Source: Caldivirga maquilingensis IC-167 (GTDB lineage Archaea; Thermoproteota; Thermoprotei; Thermoproteales; Thermocladiaceae). Taken from it: a DNA stretch of 32,000 bases. The translations under genes were made by a program, and so were the position numbers. Location: contig NC_009954.1 in NCBI RefSeq assembly GCF_000018305.1, forward strand, positions 1,590,001-1,622,000, given 5' to 3'. The first letter of the stretch is position 1. Each line of letters starts with the position of its first letter. Below the pieces are notes generated by a model that was not told the DNA's origin, searched no databases, and saw nothing but the letters and a program-made list of their open reading frames with translations. This document shows positions 8,300-17,853 of the stretch, piece by piece.

Positions 8300-9312
8300 A
8301 CCTTGGCTAAGCCCTTACCTAAGGTCTCCTTACCACCAAGTATGAAGATCGTGGAGGGATCTTGCGTCTCACCCCTTAAGTACCTGCATACCTCCTCTGC
8401 GTTATTCTTCATGTTAGTGAACTTCTGTAGGACATCACTTGAATCACCCACCTTTTCCTTGAAGGATTTCTCATTAATTCTAGGTTTACTGCACACCACG
8501 CCAGACACGAAAACAGTGAACTGGGGTAGGTACTCCTCCTCCCAGAGCCCGCCTTCAGTTACGGTCTTTTTGGAGTAATCAAGCCTTACCCTTGTTTGTA
8601 TAATGATGCTTCTCTTAATCAACTCCATCATATCATCATCACTAACTAACACCAAGCCTCTCTCCTTAACCCTCTCAGCAATGACGTTAGGTAGCGCTTT
8701 ATTAACAACTTCATTTAATTTCTCATTTAATTTGACATTTACATTGGCATTGAACTCGATTTCATTGAGTACGGCTTTCCCACCACTAATGACAAGGTCC
8801 CCCTTACTAACCACTGCAGTGCCCTGGTCAATGTTTTCCGTGAGTTTGATTAATTGGTCCAGGGCATTTTGGTACTTGCTTAAGTTGTTGTTAAGTGTCT
8901 CGAGGGCATCCACGTAAGTCCTATAGTAATTAAGCAAATGCCTCGAGGTTGCGTAGGCCCAAACACCCCTTAGCGACCTAATGGGCATTAGCAGGAGCTT
9001 GGCATCTAGGAAATTAACCACAGAGGAATACTCACTCACCTCGTCAGTGCCAGGCTCGGGCCCGAAAACCGCATTAATAAGCACTTTATGGCGCTGGTCA
9101 TTGCTTGAGCGGTTTAGTGTGAGGGAGCTCCTAATGGCACCCTTAAGGCTGCTGGACCATATAACGGGAATCCCAAATTCATCCTTCTGAACCTCTAAAT
9201 CCACGATCTTACCACCGCTACCAGTGCCTGGGTGCATGGGCGTTAGTGCCTCAATAAACGTTAACATAGAGTACTTGAGCGGGGCATTATTTTGTACACC
9301 AGTGGTGCTCAC
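8284..9312 (-). CDS. cmr4: Cmr4 (type III-B backbone RAMP, target-RNA cleaving subunit)
   Basis: LTPMHPGTGSGGKIVDLEVQKDEFGIPVIWSSSLKGAIRS is the canonical Cmr4 N-terminus, including the catalytic-position Asp (IVDLEV). C-terminal GGKETLGKG loop. GTG start at 9312. Confidence 0.9.
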   Translation of the reverse strand: MSTTGVQNNAPLKYSMLTFIEALTPMHPGTGSGGKIVDLEVQKDEFGIPVIWSSSLKGAIRSSLTLNRSSNDQRHKVLINAVFGPEPGTDEVSEYSSVVNFLDAKLLLMPIRSLRGVWAYATSRHLLNYYRTYVDALETLNNNLSKYQNALDQLIKLTENIDQGTAVVSKGDLVISGGKAVLNEIEFNANVNVKLNEKLNEVVNKALPNVIAERVKERGLVLVSDDDMMELIKRSIIIQTRVRLDYSKKTVTEGGLWEEEYLPQFTVFVSGVVCSKPRINEKSFKEKVGDSSDVLQKFTNMKNNAEEVCRYLRGETQDPSTIFILGGKETLGKGLAKVWWLP

Positions 9313-9395
9313 GTTTAGCTACTCTATTGAATATTTTTAAATTTTAAGTGACTATAATTAGTAAAGCTTAAAATAACACCTGTTGCTAAGCTATA
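9313..9395. promoter_or_regulatory. Divergent cmr promoter region (cmr4 operon leftward, cas10-cmr3 rightward)
   Basis: 83-nt A/T-rich gap with TATA-like ATATTTTTAAATTTTA (9331-9346) and TTAAAATA (about 9369-9376, 20-27 nt before the cas10 GTG at 9396). Confidence 0.4.
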
Positions 9396-12300
9396 GTGAG
9401 CAGTATTAATTCGTTTTTTGAGAAGAAGCTGTTGGCTTTAATGCATGATCCACCCAATAAAATGTGGATGATAATTAACGGAAAAGACCATGAGAAAGAA
9501 GCTGGGAGAATATATAATGATATTTTCAAGGAGACGGGAATAAGAGAGTTTACAGGGGGTGTTCCACCATATAAGGATTATAACAACCCCACCACCAGGA
9601 TTATTAAGGAAGCCGATTTGTTGGCTTCATCCTTCGATAGGTGGGTATTCCTAAAACCCAGTGGCGCCAATTACGTAGTTAAGAACATCAGGTACTTAAA
9701 CATATTTAAGCCAGCCACGCACCTCAAATATGAAATAAAGAACCAGGATATTAACATTGATAATTACGTAAAGAACATAAACGACATCCTTAAGAAATTA
9801 AACAGCAACATAAAGGATAACCCAAGGGCAGTCTACAACCTACTTTACGCATTATACGAGAGTGAGTGGGTAAAGCTAGGCCTACCACCAAGCCTAGCAG
9901 ACACAAGGGCACCGACACACGATGTCTTCGACCACGACTACGCAACCGTTATGATAATGAACTGGTTGCTTAATGGTAAGTTCAGCGGCTACTACGTGGT
10001 TGGTGACATACCGGGTGTTCAGCAGTTCATAATGGCGAGCAGGAAGGCGGGGGACCTATGGGCTAGTAGCTGGGTAATATCCATGACCATATGGCTCACC
10101 CTATGGCCATTGATATGGCACTACGGGCCGGACATACTGATTAGACCCACGGCGAGGCTAAACCCGCTGTATTACACATTCTTAGCGGCATCTTTAGACC
10201 TAGTAGCAGACGGTAAGGATCCTGAGGAGTCAGATAACCTATGTCTAATACTTAGGAAAGCAATTGAGTATGATATTAAACACACTAATTTAGTAAATTT
10301 AGTAATAGAACTAATAAAACCGCTATTAAAACCATTACTTCAACAAATCCAACAAGATCAACAAGAGAAATTGATAAGGAGAGTATTGAGCATCGCGTTT
10401 ATAGGCGAAGCATTCCAATTAGCGCTGCCACCAATCAACCCTGAGGGAAATGAGCTAAAGAGGCTGAAGAAGGACGATATACTCAGCAAGATCAGGGACA
10501 ACTTCGAAAAAGCCACCAAATGCCTAATTAATATATCCAGAGACGAAGTAAACAAGGAAGAGAATGACTATGTGAAGAGGATACTCCGGAGGGCCTTAGA
10601 CAAAGGATTGATCGAGCTAAGGCTACCACTAAGGGTGGCAGTGCTAGACGTAGGCAACTTATACAGTAAGTACAGGAGCGAGAAAGGATGCCCATTGAGC
10701 GACGATGTGTTGAGGGAAATAGGCATGGACAGGGAGGCGTGCCTAGACGCGCTCTTCTTCGACTACCTAATGACCAGCAAGGACGTAATAAAGGCAATAC
10801 GTGAAGAGGAAATGACGAGAATACCAACCAAGGGCGCATGGTTCGATGAACAGGGAAACCTGCTTTTCACGAAGCTTTATGACGGTGACTGGACAATAAG
10901 CACGCTAAGCCCAGATACGCCGGCAGTGATGAGGTTCGGTAAACGCTTTGAAAATAATAGGTTATGCTATGACGAAAAGACAACTAAGTGGTTAAATGAA
11001 TTGCTGAACATAAACAACCCTATATGCACAAATACTGATAATAATAACGAACGTAGATTAATAAGCACGTTCAAACCAGGAGAGGCGCTGAGCCCAGTGG
11101 ATCTAGCCAAGAGATTAATATATATTGGGTTAAGCGGGAAGTTAGAACTGGGCTTCGAGAGTACCGATGACGTAGCCGTGAAATACTTACATAGCCTACT
11201 CGAGTATAACAATATTGCAAATAAAGTATACCGTCGTGGTGATAAATATTGCGAGAGCTTATTGAGAGACTATATAATGAGGCCTAATCCACCCAGGGAC
11301 ATGGACCTAATATGCAAAGACCAAGTATGCGGAAACCCAGAACAAATAAGGAGACTGGCCAGAGACTGCGTTGAGGAATTCGGCAAAAAGGAGGAGGACA
11401 AGGGGGTCGCTGAGGAAATAATAGGTAAGTTAACCAAGGACGGGGTATTACAGGACATACACAACCTAGTGGGTAATGGGGCCGACATGGCGGTAAACGC
11501 AGTGAAGGAGCTCCTCAACTTCCACTTCATGTACGCGATAATAAGGGGTGACGGGGACTCACTGGGCAGGATTCATCGCGGTGAACTACCCAATTACTAC
11601 GAATCACTACGTGAATTCTATGAGGACTTAAAAGAGAAGGCTAATGAATTGGTAATTGGTAATAAGGATGAATTCCTGAAGGACTTGGAAAACCAGGAAA
11701 AGTTACTAAGTGAGTTAGAGGAAAGATTAGAGGAAAAAGAGGAAAAGCTAGAGGGAAAAACAAAGATAAGGGTACCGGTGACTCCTGCATATAAGTTTGC
11801 AATAACGAGGGCGCTCATGGTAACGGCAATGAGGGTGCTCGCAAGGACCATGGACATATCCATGCCCGTGTACCTGGGCGGGGACGACCTATTGATTTTG
11901 TCGCCCGTGGAGGCAGCTCTGAAGATTGTTGAGGACTCCAGGAAGATATACTGGGCAGTGGATGAGAACACACCCTTCTTCCACAAGGTCAATAAGGACT
12001 ACGTAATACCAGCCCTAGCAGCCTATGGGCAAAGCTACTCAATAAGGTACGCACACCTCCTCGACATATTCTCAGAGGAGTACCTAAGGGCAGGGGAACT
12101 CCTTGAGGAGGTGGCTAAGGAGGCGAGGTGGGGCGGTGATTACGAGAAGGACTCACTGGTCATAAGCCACTCGAGAACGGGCACCGAGGTCGTACTACCA
12201 ATAAGGCCAGAAAATAATGGGGACAACTGGGTGATCGACTCCATAGATCGCCTAAGGACCCTATGGACAGCGCTGTTGGCAGGGCTGGTGAGTAGCAACA

Positions 12301-12533
12301 CGCCTGAGGACTTGGACAAATACAGCGAATTATTCATGAGGGATCAACCCGACATGGGGATAATCAAGGACGTCTTAAAAACAATACTCAAAAGAAACAT
12401 AAAGGTGACCGGCGAGGAGGGTAAGCAAAACGTGGCGAGTAAACTCCTGGGTGAGGATGTGTACGATGGTTACTACCACACCGTGTGGTACAACTTAATT
12501 AACTCAATAAGAATACTGAGGCGATTACCATGA
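9396..12533 (+). CDS. cas10: Cas10/Cmr2, type III-B large subunit with HD and cyclase (GGDD) motifs
   Basis: N-terminal LMHDPPNK (H17 D18, nt 9444-9449). Cmr2 signature ADTRAPTHDVFDHD. Palm motifs IIRGDGDSLG (nt 11547-11567) and VYLGGDDLLILSP (GGDD at nt 11877-11888). 1045 aa. ATGA overlap with cmr3. Confidence 0.95.
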   Translation: MSSINSFFEKKLLALMHDPPNKMWMIINGKDHEKEAGRIYNDIFKETGIREFTGGVPPYKDYNNPTTRIIKEADLLASSFDRWVFLKPSGANYVVKNIRYLNIFKPATHLKYEIKNQDINIDNYVKNINDILKKLNSNIKDNPRAVYNLLYALYESEWVKLGLPPSLADTRAPTHDVFDHDYATVMIMNWLLNGKFSGYYVVGDIPGVQQFIMASRKAGDLWASSWVISMTIWLTLWPLIWHYGPDILIRPTARLNPLYYTFLAASLDLVADGKDPEESDNLCLILRKAIEYDIKHTNLVNLVIELIKPLLKPLLQQIQQDQQEKLIRRVLSIAFIGEAFQLALPPINPEGNELKRLKKDDILSKIRDNFEKATKCLINISRDEVNKEENDYVKRILRRALDKGLIELRLPLRVAVLDVGNLYSKYRSEKGCPLSDDVLREIGMDREACLDALFFDYLMTSKDVIKAIREEEMTRIPTKGAWFDEQGNLLFTKLYDGDWTISTLSPDTPAVMRFGKRFENNRLCYDEKTTKWLNELLNINNPICTNTDNNNERRLISTFKPGEALSPVDLAKRLIYIGLSGKLELGFESTDDVAVKYLHSLLEYNNIANKVYRRGDKYCESLLRDYIMRPNPPRDMDLICKDQVCGNPEQIRRLARDCVEEFGKKEEDKGVAEEIIGKLTKDGVLQDIHNLVGNGADMAVNAVKELLNFHFMYAIIRGDGDSLGRIHRGELPNYYESLREFYEDLKEKANELVIGNKDEFLKDLENQEKLLSELEERLEEKEEKLEGKTKIRVPVTPAYKFAITRALMVTAMRVLARTMDISMPVYLGGDDLLILSPVEAALKIVEDSRKIYWAVDENTPFFHKVNKDYVIPALAAYGQSYSIRYAHLLDIFSEEYLRAGELLEEVAKEARWGGDYEKDSLVISHSRTGTEVVLPIRPENNGDNWVIDSIDRLRTLWTALLAGLVSSNTPEDLDKYSELFMRDQPDMGIIKDVLKTILKRNIKVTGEEGKQNVASKLLGEDVYDGYYHTVWYNLINSIRILRRLP

Positions 12534-13525
12534 GCCAGGCCCGTGAATTCCTTGAATTAAGGATAAAGCCCATAGAGCCACTACACCTCACGGCAGGCCC
12601 CATAAGGGGCATAGACCTAATAAGCGCAACCAGGGCATCATACGCACCACTACCCACAACGGTAATAGGGTTACTCGCAAACATATACTATGAAACAAAT
12701 AATAAAACCCAAACCGGTAAAATCCAGGACCTAGACTGTGGGGTGGAGGATTTGCTTAAGGTTAAGGATGAGGCTGGTATAGAGGACGTATGGGGACCAT
12801 TAATTGTAATAAACGGGAGGGAACACTTCCTGGTGGAAAACACGCTACTACCCGTAGAGACTCTGAAGGACTATGTAGAACTCGTGAAAATGGATAAGGA
12901 ATGCCAGGGGGAGTGTTACCAAGACCTAACTAAGGAATACTACCAATTCAGGGAAATAAGCAAAGTAGGCATAGCGATTAATATGGAGACTAGAACGGTA
13001 AGGCAGGGATTCATGTACGTACAGAAGTATACATGGCCGTATAGAGTAATTAAGGATGATGAATCGGAACCAGTACCACCGGGATGGTACTATAAGTACA
13101 TAATAATCATGAACCCGCAGAAGGCGGGGTGGATACGAGGTAAAATCACGTGGAACATAGGTGGTGAAGGTAGGCAAGCATTAATAGAGATGGGGAGAAC
13201 AAACCAAAAACCACCACAACCCACGAAAGAAGCAATACTACTCACACCACTAATATTCACAGGGGAGAAACCATACGTGGAGGTAGACAAAATAGACCCA
13301 AACATAGGGAAAATACATGGAATATTAACAAGCAAGGGGCCAAAGATAAAAATCACAACAACATCACTAGGCTACCGTGGTAAAACTAATCAATCAGAAA
13401 ACTGTAGAAGACCCATATACCCGGCACTACCGCCAGGGACGCTTGTAGAATTGAAGCAGCAGGTAAGTAAATTAGGGTTATATACGCAATTAGGGTATGG
13501 GGCAACATACCCACTCCCCCTCTAA
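12530..13525 (+). CDS. cmr3: Cmr3 (type III-B RAMP subunit)
   Basis: Translationally coupled to cas10. N-terminus LRIKPIEPLHLTAGP is Cmr3-like. C-terminal G-rich loop LGLYTQLGYGATYP. Confidence 0.8.
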   Translation: MSQAREFLELRIKPIEPLHLTAGPIRGIDLISATRASYAPLPTTVIGLLANIYYETNNKTQTGKIQDLDCGVEDLLKVKDEAGIEDVWGPLIVINGREHFLVENTLLPVETLKDYVELVKMDKECQGECYQDLTKEYYQFREISKVGIAINMETRTVRQGFMYVQKYTWPYRVIKDDESEPVPPGWYYKYIIIMNPQKAGWIRGKITWNIGGEGRQALIEMGRTNQKPPQPTKEAILLTPLIFTGEKPYVEVDKIDPNIGKIHGILTSKGPKIKITTTSLGYRGKTNQSENCRRPIYPALPPGTLVELKQQVSKLGLYTQLGYGATYPLPL

Positions 13526-13557
13526 AATACATGGGTACGTACAGTGCATAATTTATG

Positions 13558-14361
13558 TTACTGAAGGGTGTATTGTTTGGTTAATATTTTTCCTAAGTCG
13601 GTGGGTTTGTATATGTATGCCTTCCCCACTTTCTCATACGTTATTACCCCCTTCCTCCTTAATTTCGTTAGTTTCCTCTCAATTGATGCCTTTGATGGCC
13701 TTCTACTCCTTTCGAATTGACCATTAATTGCCTGTATTATCTCCTTTGCCTTAATCCCATCCTCCTTAGAGGTAATGATTCTCAGTATTTCATACTCCAG
13801 CTTATCCATGCTGGTTAATGCTGGTATAATCGGCCAGTGTATTATCCTCTCCCTAATTCCTGGAAAGATCCTCTTTATACTGGGACTCTCCTCCTCAAGC
13901 ATTACGAAGACATCCTCAACATTAACACGAGTATACCCACCTATGGTTTTTAACGCCATGGCCAGGAACATGAGAACCACGGATAACCACCTTAAACCAC
14001 CGGCAATGGCTATGGTTACTGAGGTTGGTGCCAAGGATTCCACAAGAGTCCTGAGTAATGCCACGTTATCAGCAAGGTGCCTACTCGGCGATAACCACAC
14101 ATCCTTAATATCCACTTCAGGTATATTATCGAGTATTATTTTTCTAATCTGATTCATCGCATCCTCCGGCTGCATCCTACCTCCACGGGGCCTTAGGTCT
14201 TCAATCCTCCTGGGCTCACTATTAACCAGTATAATGACGTCACCCGGCCCAACACCTATACTCATTATCGCTACAATAGCGTTATACGGATACATGCCCA
14301 CACTCACCACTATTGTCCTCTTTAATTTCAACTCCTCAATTGATTGAGGTGAATTCACCAT
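13558..14361 (-). CDS. csa3: Csa3-type regulator (CARF domain plus C-terminal winged HTH)
   Basis: N-terminal Rossmann-like IVVSVGMYPYNAIVAI...DVIILVNSEP. C-terminal wHTH EILRIITSKE...SKASIERKLTKLRRKGVITYEKVGKAYIYKPTDLG. Sits between the cmr and type I-A modules. Confidence 0.75.
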   Translation of the reverse strand: MVNSPQSIEELKLKRTIVVSVGMYPYNAIVAIMSIGVGPGDVIILVNSEPRRIEDLRPRGGRMQPEDAMNQIRKIILDNIPEVDIKDVWLSPSRHLADNVALLRTLVESLAPTSVTIAIAGGLRWLSVVLMFLAMALKTIGGYTRVNVEDVFVMLEEESPSIKRIFPGIRERIIHWPIIPALTSMDKLEYEILRIITSKEDGIKAKEIIQAINGQFERSRRPSKASIERKLTKLRRKGVITYEKVGKAYIYKPTDLGKILTKQYTLQ

Positions 14362-14387
14362 AGATCGAGATATATTTAAAGAAAAAG

Positions 14388-14395
14388 TTTATAAA
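14388..14395. promoter_or_regulatory. Palindromic TATA element TTTATAAA shared by divergent csa3 and the type I-A operon
   Basis: Lies 27 nt from the csa3 ATG (14361, minus strand) and 30 nt from the ATG at 14425 (plus strand). Purine-rich BRE-like bases flank it on both sides. Confidence 0.4.
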
Positions 14396-14424
14396 TCTTA
14401 TCAGGAGTCTTTTTGTGGAGGTGT

Positions 14425-14793
14425 ATGTCGCAGTCTAGTCAAGATGAGTCGCAAAAGGTAAAGACATATACCTTTGAAAATATGATTGATCTCTTAGCAA
14501 CCTACGTCAGTAATAGTGAGTATGGTGTGCTCGACGCTATGGTGAATGCTCATGATATCGAAGGATCACTTAAGGCGCTCTATAACGCTGTTAGGTACGC
14601 AGTTACTAAGGGCTACATTACCAAGCCAAATGAATTATACGGTGAGGTAAATGCATTCACCGAGGCAGTCAGGAGGTATGGCAAGAGAATTATTTACGAG
14701 ATCGCCATAAAGGCGCTCGTAAAGGGCTACATGAGGGCCTATGAAACAACGAAGGCTGCTAGTGAAGAGCAGGAGTCTGTAAGACAGGGGTGA
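14425..14793 (+). CDS. csa5: Probable Csa5 (type I-A small subunit)
   Basis: Small (about 122 aa) protein that looks helical, immediately upstream of cas7 (Csa2), which is the canonical csa5 position. The track start 14413 is TTG; ATG 14425 fits the TATA spacing better. Assignment rests on position and size only. Confidence 0.5.
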   Translation: MSQSSQDESQKVKTYTFENMIDLLATYVSNSEYGVLDAMVNAHDIEGSLKALYNAVRYAVTKGYITKPNELYGEVNAFTEAVRRYGKRIIYEIAIKALVKGYMRAYETTKAASEEQESVRQG

Positions 14794-14797
14794 GAGC

Positions 14798-15967
14798 ATG
14801 GTCTTCGTGAGCATGGGCTTTAGGTTTAGGGTTCAGGCAGAAGCCATGAACATGGTCGAGTCATGGGGCAATTACACCAGACACAGAATAATACCTGTAA
14901 TTAAGAGAGTGAGGACAAAAAACGGAGTAATTAAGTATAAAGTTCAGTACGCACCAGCAGTATCAGGGCAAAGTATTAATTACGCATTCATGAAGGTACT
15001 CACTAACCTTGCAATTGAAAGGAACTTGCCGGTATGCGATGAGTGCAAAAGATATGAATTAATAGGCGGCTTTCCGAAGAGACCAGAAATAGAGGACAAT
15101 GAAGAGAAGAAGCTAATTAACGAATCCTTTGGCTACCTTAAAGTTGAGGGGAAGAGAGTATTGGAATGCGTTGTTGAGGATATAACAGGCTTTATGGCAG
15201 TTACAGAGACAGAGAGGGGTGGAAAAAGGAGAACTAAAAAGGAGAAAAACCCCGAAAAAGAGACCGATAGAACTGAGAAGGGCGCAGGCGTTAAAAGGAC
15301 CGCCAAGGTTTGGTTCAGTTACTTACTACCAGACCCCAACAGCGACTTCTCAGTGGGACCTCAGTTCCACGTTAGGTTTAATAGGGAGAATCCTGACGAG
15401 CAGGCAGTAATCCAGGTTGAGTCAGGGAGTGCTATTTACACCCTCTACACCTTCATTGACGTTGACGGAATAGGCGCATACTATGAGAGGGCGAACGATA
15501 GGTATGTACTTAAGTATGTTAATAACCGCAGGGAGAGGATTAAATTAGTCTTTGACGCATTAATGCTAACCCTGAGCGGACTTCTTGGCGCGAAGCAGTC
15601 AAGGTACCTATCGATTAGGGAATCCCTTAGTGGTATTGCCGTGGTATCTAAGGTTCCATTTATGGTCTCTCCAGTTGTTTTCGGCTACGACTACGTGCAA
15701 GATACTGTAGATAGAGCAAAAATAATTAGTAAGGTAATAGTTGAAACAAGCACTGGCACTGGTTCCCAACAAGATGCCAGCTCCGAATCCACCACATCTG
15801 TGATTAAAATCTTTTACTATGATAGAGAAGGAATCCACCCAAAGGAAAGCAAGCCAGAAAAGAAAGAAAGTGAGACCTACAAGGAACCCATAGAAATAAA
15901 TGAGGTATCTGGACCCGAGGACATGATCAATAAGGTTAAAGAGACAGTCCTAAATATGCTTAAATAA
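14798..15967 (+). CDS. cas7: Cas7 (Csa2), type I-A backbone subunit
   Basis: N-terminus FRFRVQAEAMNMVESWGNYTRHR matches the Csa2 signature (eaLNm.Es.GN...H). VSGQSINYAF motif. Carries a K/R/E-rich insertion and a long low-complexity C-terminal tail. Confidence 0.85.
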   Translation: MVFVSMGFRFRVQAEAMNMVESWGNYTRHRIIPVIKRVRTKNGVIKYKVQYAPAVSGQSINYAFMKVLTNLAIERNLPVCDECKRYELIGGFPKRPEIEDNEEKKLINESFGYLKVEGKRVLECVVEDITGFMAVTETERGGKRRTKKEKNPEKETDRTEKGAGVKRTAKVWFSYLLPDPNSDFSVGPQFHVRFNRENPDEQAVIQVESGSAIYTLYTFIDVDGIGAYYERANDRYVLKYVNNRRERIKLVFDALMLTLSGLLGAKQSRYLSIRESLSGIAVVSKVPFMVSPVVFGYDYVQDTVDRAKIISKVIVETSTGTGSQQDASSESTTSVIKIFYYDREGIHPKESKPEKKESETYKEPIEINEVSGPEDMINKVKETVLNMLK

Positions 15968-15982
15968 CAAATAAAGTAGGTA

Positions 15983-16825
15983 ATGGCTATGTACGTACTT
16001 CTCGTTAAAATCAAGTTTTTGAGCGGTTTCATGTTATTACCACCCCATGTTATTCAATCAAGCGGTTACCCAGCACCTTCACCTACTACCTTAGTTGGTG
16101 CGTTGGCCTTTCCCTACATTAAGTTAATGGAATACCCCGAACTTGAGAGTAATTACTCGACAGCTAAGTACCTACTTGACCAGGTAGTATACGCGAGTTT
16201 CTGGGCTCCTCCTTACATCACGCACCTGGATACTGTGAGGGGATTCACATTAACCTGGCAAAGACACGAGAGACTAAGGAACCTAAGTAAAATAATAGTT
16301 TGCATAGAGAAGAACATAGATTGCAAAAAAGCTGAGGAAGCAAAGGACTCGGCTTACGGTCCTCTTTCAATGCCAATTACTGTTTACGAGGGGCCTGCTT
16401 ACATAGCGTACGTGGTTAAGGATAAAGATCTAGTTAGGTATGCGTACGGCATTGTCAGGATCGGCATGAAGGAGTCCCTAGTAGCCGCTGAAAAGATGTG
16501 GTTATTCGACTTGAGAAGTATAGTCGTTAGCAATATTGAGAGTGTGGAGACGCGATTTTATGTCCCAGCTAGGCTCGTGAATTCATGCAATAGGTGCGAT
16601 ACTTATAAAATGCCCACCCTTAATCCGCAGAACTACAGCTCTCTCGCCATTCAAGACTACGTTAGTGAAGAAGATGGAAGTAAGGTTTACGAGGTTTTCT
16701 ACGTCCCGCGTAACATTGACAACATGCAAGTAAAACCTAAAGAGGGTGAGACCCTAACCCTTAGGTTACAAGCCGATAATGAGGAGCTAATGCTTATAGT
16801 GCCTAAGCAAGGGGTGATGGAATGA
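15983..16825 (+). CDS. cas5: Cas5a (type I-A)
   Basis: The N-terminal strand followed by YPAPSPTTLVGALAFPY is the Cas5 family motif (p.PspstlvGal). ATGA overlap with the next gene. Confidence 0.8.
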   Translation: MAMYVLLVKIKFLSGFMLLPPHVIQSSGYPAPSPTTLVGALAFPYIKLMEYPELESNYSTAKYLLDQVVYASFWAPPYITHLDTVRGFTLTWQRHERLRNLSKIIVCIEKNIDCKKAEEAKDSAYGPLSMPITVYEGPAYIAYVVKDKDLVRYAYGIVRIGMKESLVAAEKMWLFDLRSIVVSNIESVETRFYVPARLVNSCNRCDTYKMPTLNPQNYSSLAIQDYVSEEDGSKVYEVFYVPRNIDNMQVKPKEGETLTLRLQADNEELMLIVPKQGVME

Positions 16826-17853
16826 GTAATAACACAGCTAGTAATACGCAAGAAAGCGCAAGGAACGCCATTGAGATAAATCTATGTAATTCGTGGGAGT
16901 TCAGGCACATGAGAATCACTTGGTATGCGAGGTTTATGCTGATGTACGTAAAGGGTGATTTGGATATCTTTGACAAAGACGTAGTAAGTTCCGAGGACAG
17001 CATTCATAATACCTTAGAACAATACAACAACTTTGCTAAGAGCAATGAGTTATGCAGAGAATTAATAGTCAATGATAACGAAGATAATGAGTACATTAAT
17101 CTACAGGACTTTAAGCAAACAAGAGGTAAAAAACGTGAAGAAATTGAAAGGCACGGTATCAGAATTAACCGGACTGCATCAGATGAATTCAACATTAATC
17201 TAAAGGAGTACGTGAGGGGGTTCCTAAGATCCATCGCTAGAAAGAGCGATGCATTTAGAGTAAGTTACGCATTACTTAAGGTGGCATTATGTGGTGAGCG
17301 ATTAAGCCGTATTGGTGCGAACAAGCACGTAATACTGGATCTGCGTGTTGACGTGCCAGAACTTTATAGTGAGGTTTTTAATGATATACATAGATACTTC
17401 AGGAAATTTAATGGGTGGAGGGGCGAGGGAGCAAAGGGAGGGAGCAAGCCGACGCCTGTGGAGTACTCATTACTCATTTACGCCGCTTCCGTGATAGCCA
17501 GTAAGATTAGGAGTAGTGAGCCGGCGATACTTTATTACATAACTGAGAATGGGGTTGCCTCGTATGAATTAAACAACTTAATAAGCGACTTAAAGCGGTT
17601 GAGGATTTATACTTATTATAAAATGTTGATAGATAAGTATAACCCTGACGAACAAGGTTCTGATGTGTTACTGGGGTTCATAAATAGCTTGACTTATGCA
17701 ATCATGGTTTACAACAGGATTAGGGATTTAGGGCCACTTTATGAGACGTTGAGGATGCTTAGCAGTGAGGAGTTAGTTAATGAGCTTGAGAAAAGAGAGA
17801 TCTCAGTGCTTGAGTTTCTGCGTAATCTGTCGAAGGCGGCTTTTTATGCCTAA
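16822..17853 (+). CDS. Putative Cas8a-like large subunit (Csa4/Cas8a2-sized); family not recognised from motifs
   Basis: 343 aa, translationally coupled on both sides (ATGA with cas5, ATGCCTAA with cas3'). It is the only gene in the operon that could supply the missing large subunit. Size matches Cas8a2. Confidence 0.45.
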   Translation: MSNNTASNTQESARNAIEINLCNSWEFRHMRITWYARFMLMYVKGDLDIFDKDVVSSEDSIHNTLEQYNNFAKSNELCRELIVNDNEDNEYINLQDFKQTRGKKREEIERHGIRINRTASDEFNINLKEYVRGFLRSIARKSDAFRVSYALLKVALCGERLSRIGANKHVILDLRVDVPELYSEVFNDIHRYFRKFNGWRGEGAKGGSKPTPVEYSLLIYAASVIASKIRSSEPAILYYITENGVASYELNNLISDLKRLRIYTYYKMLIDKYNPDEQGSDVLLGFINSLTYAIMVYNRIRDLGPLYETLRMLSSEELVNELEKREISVLEFLRNLSKAAFYA

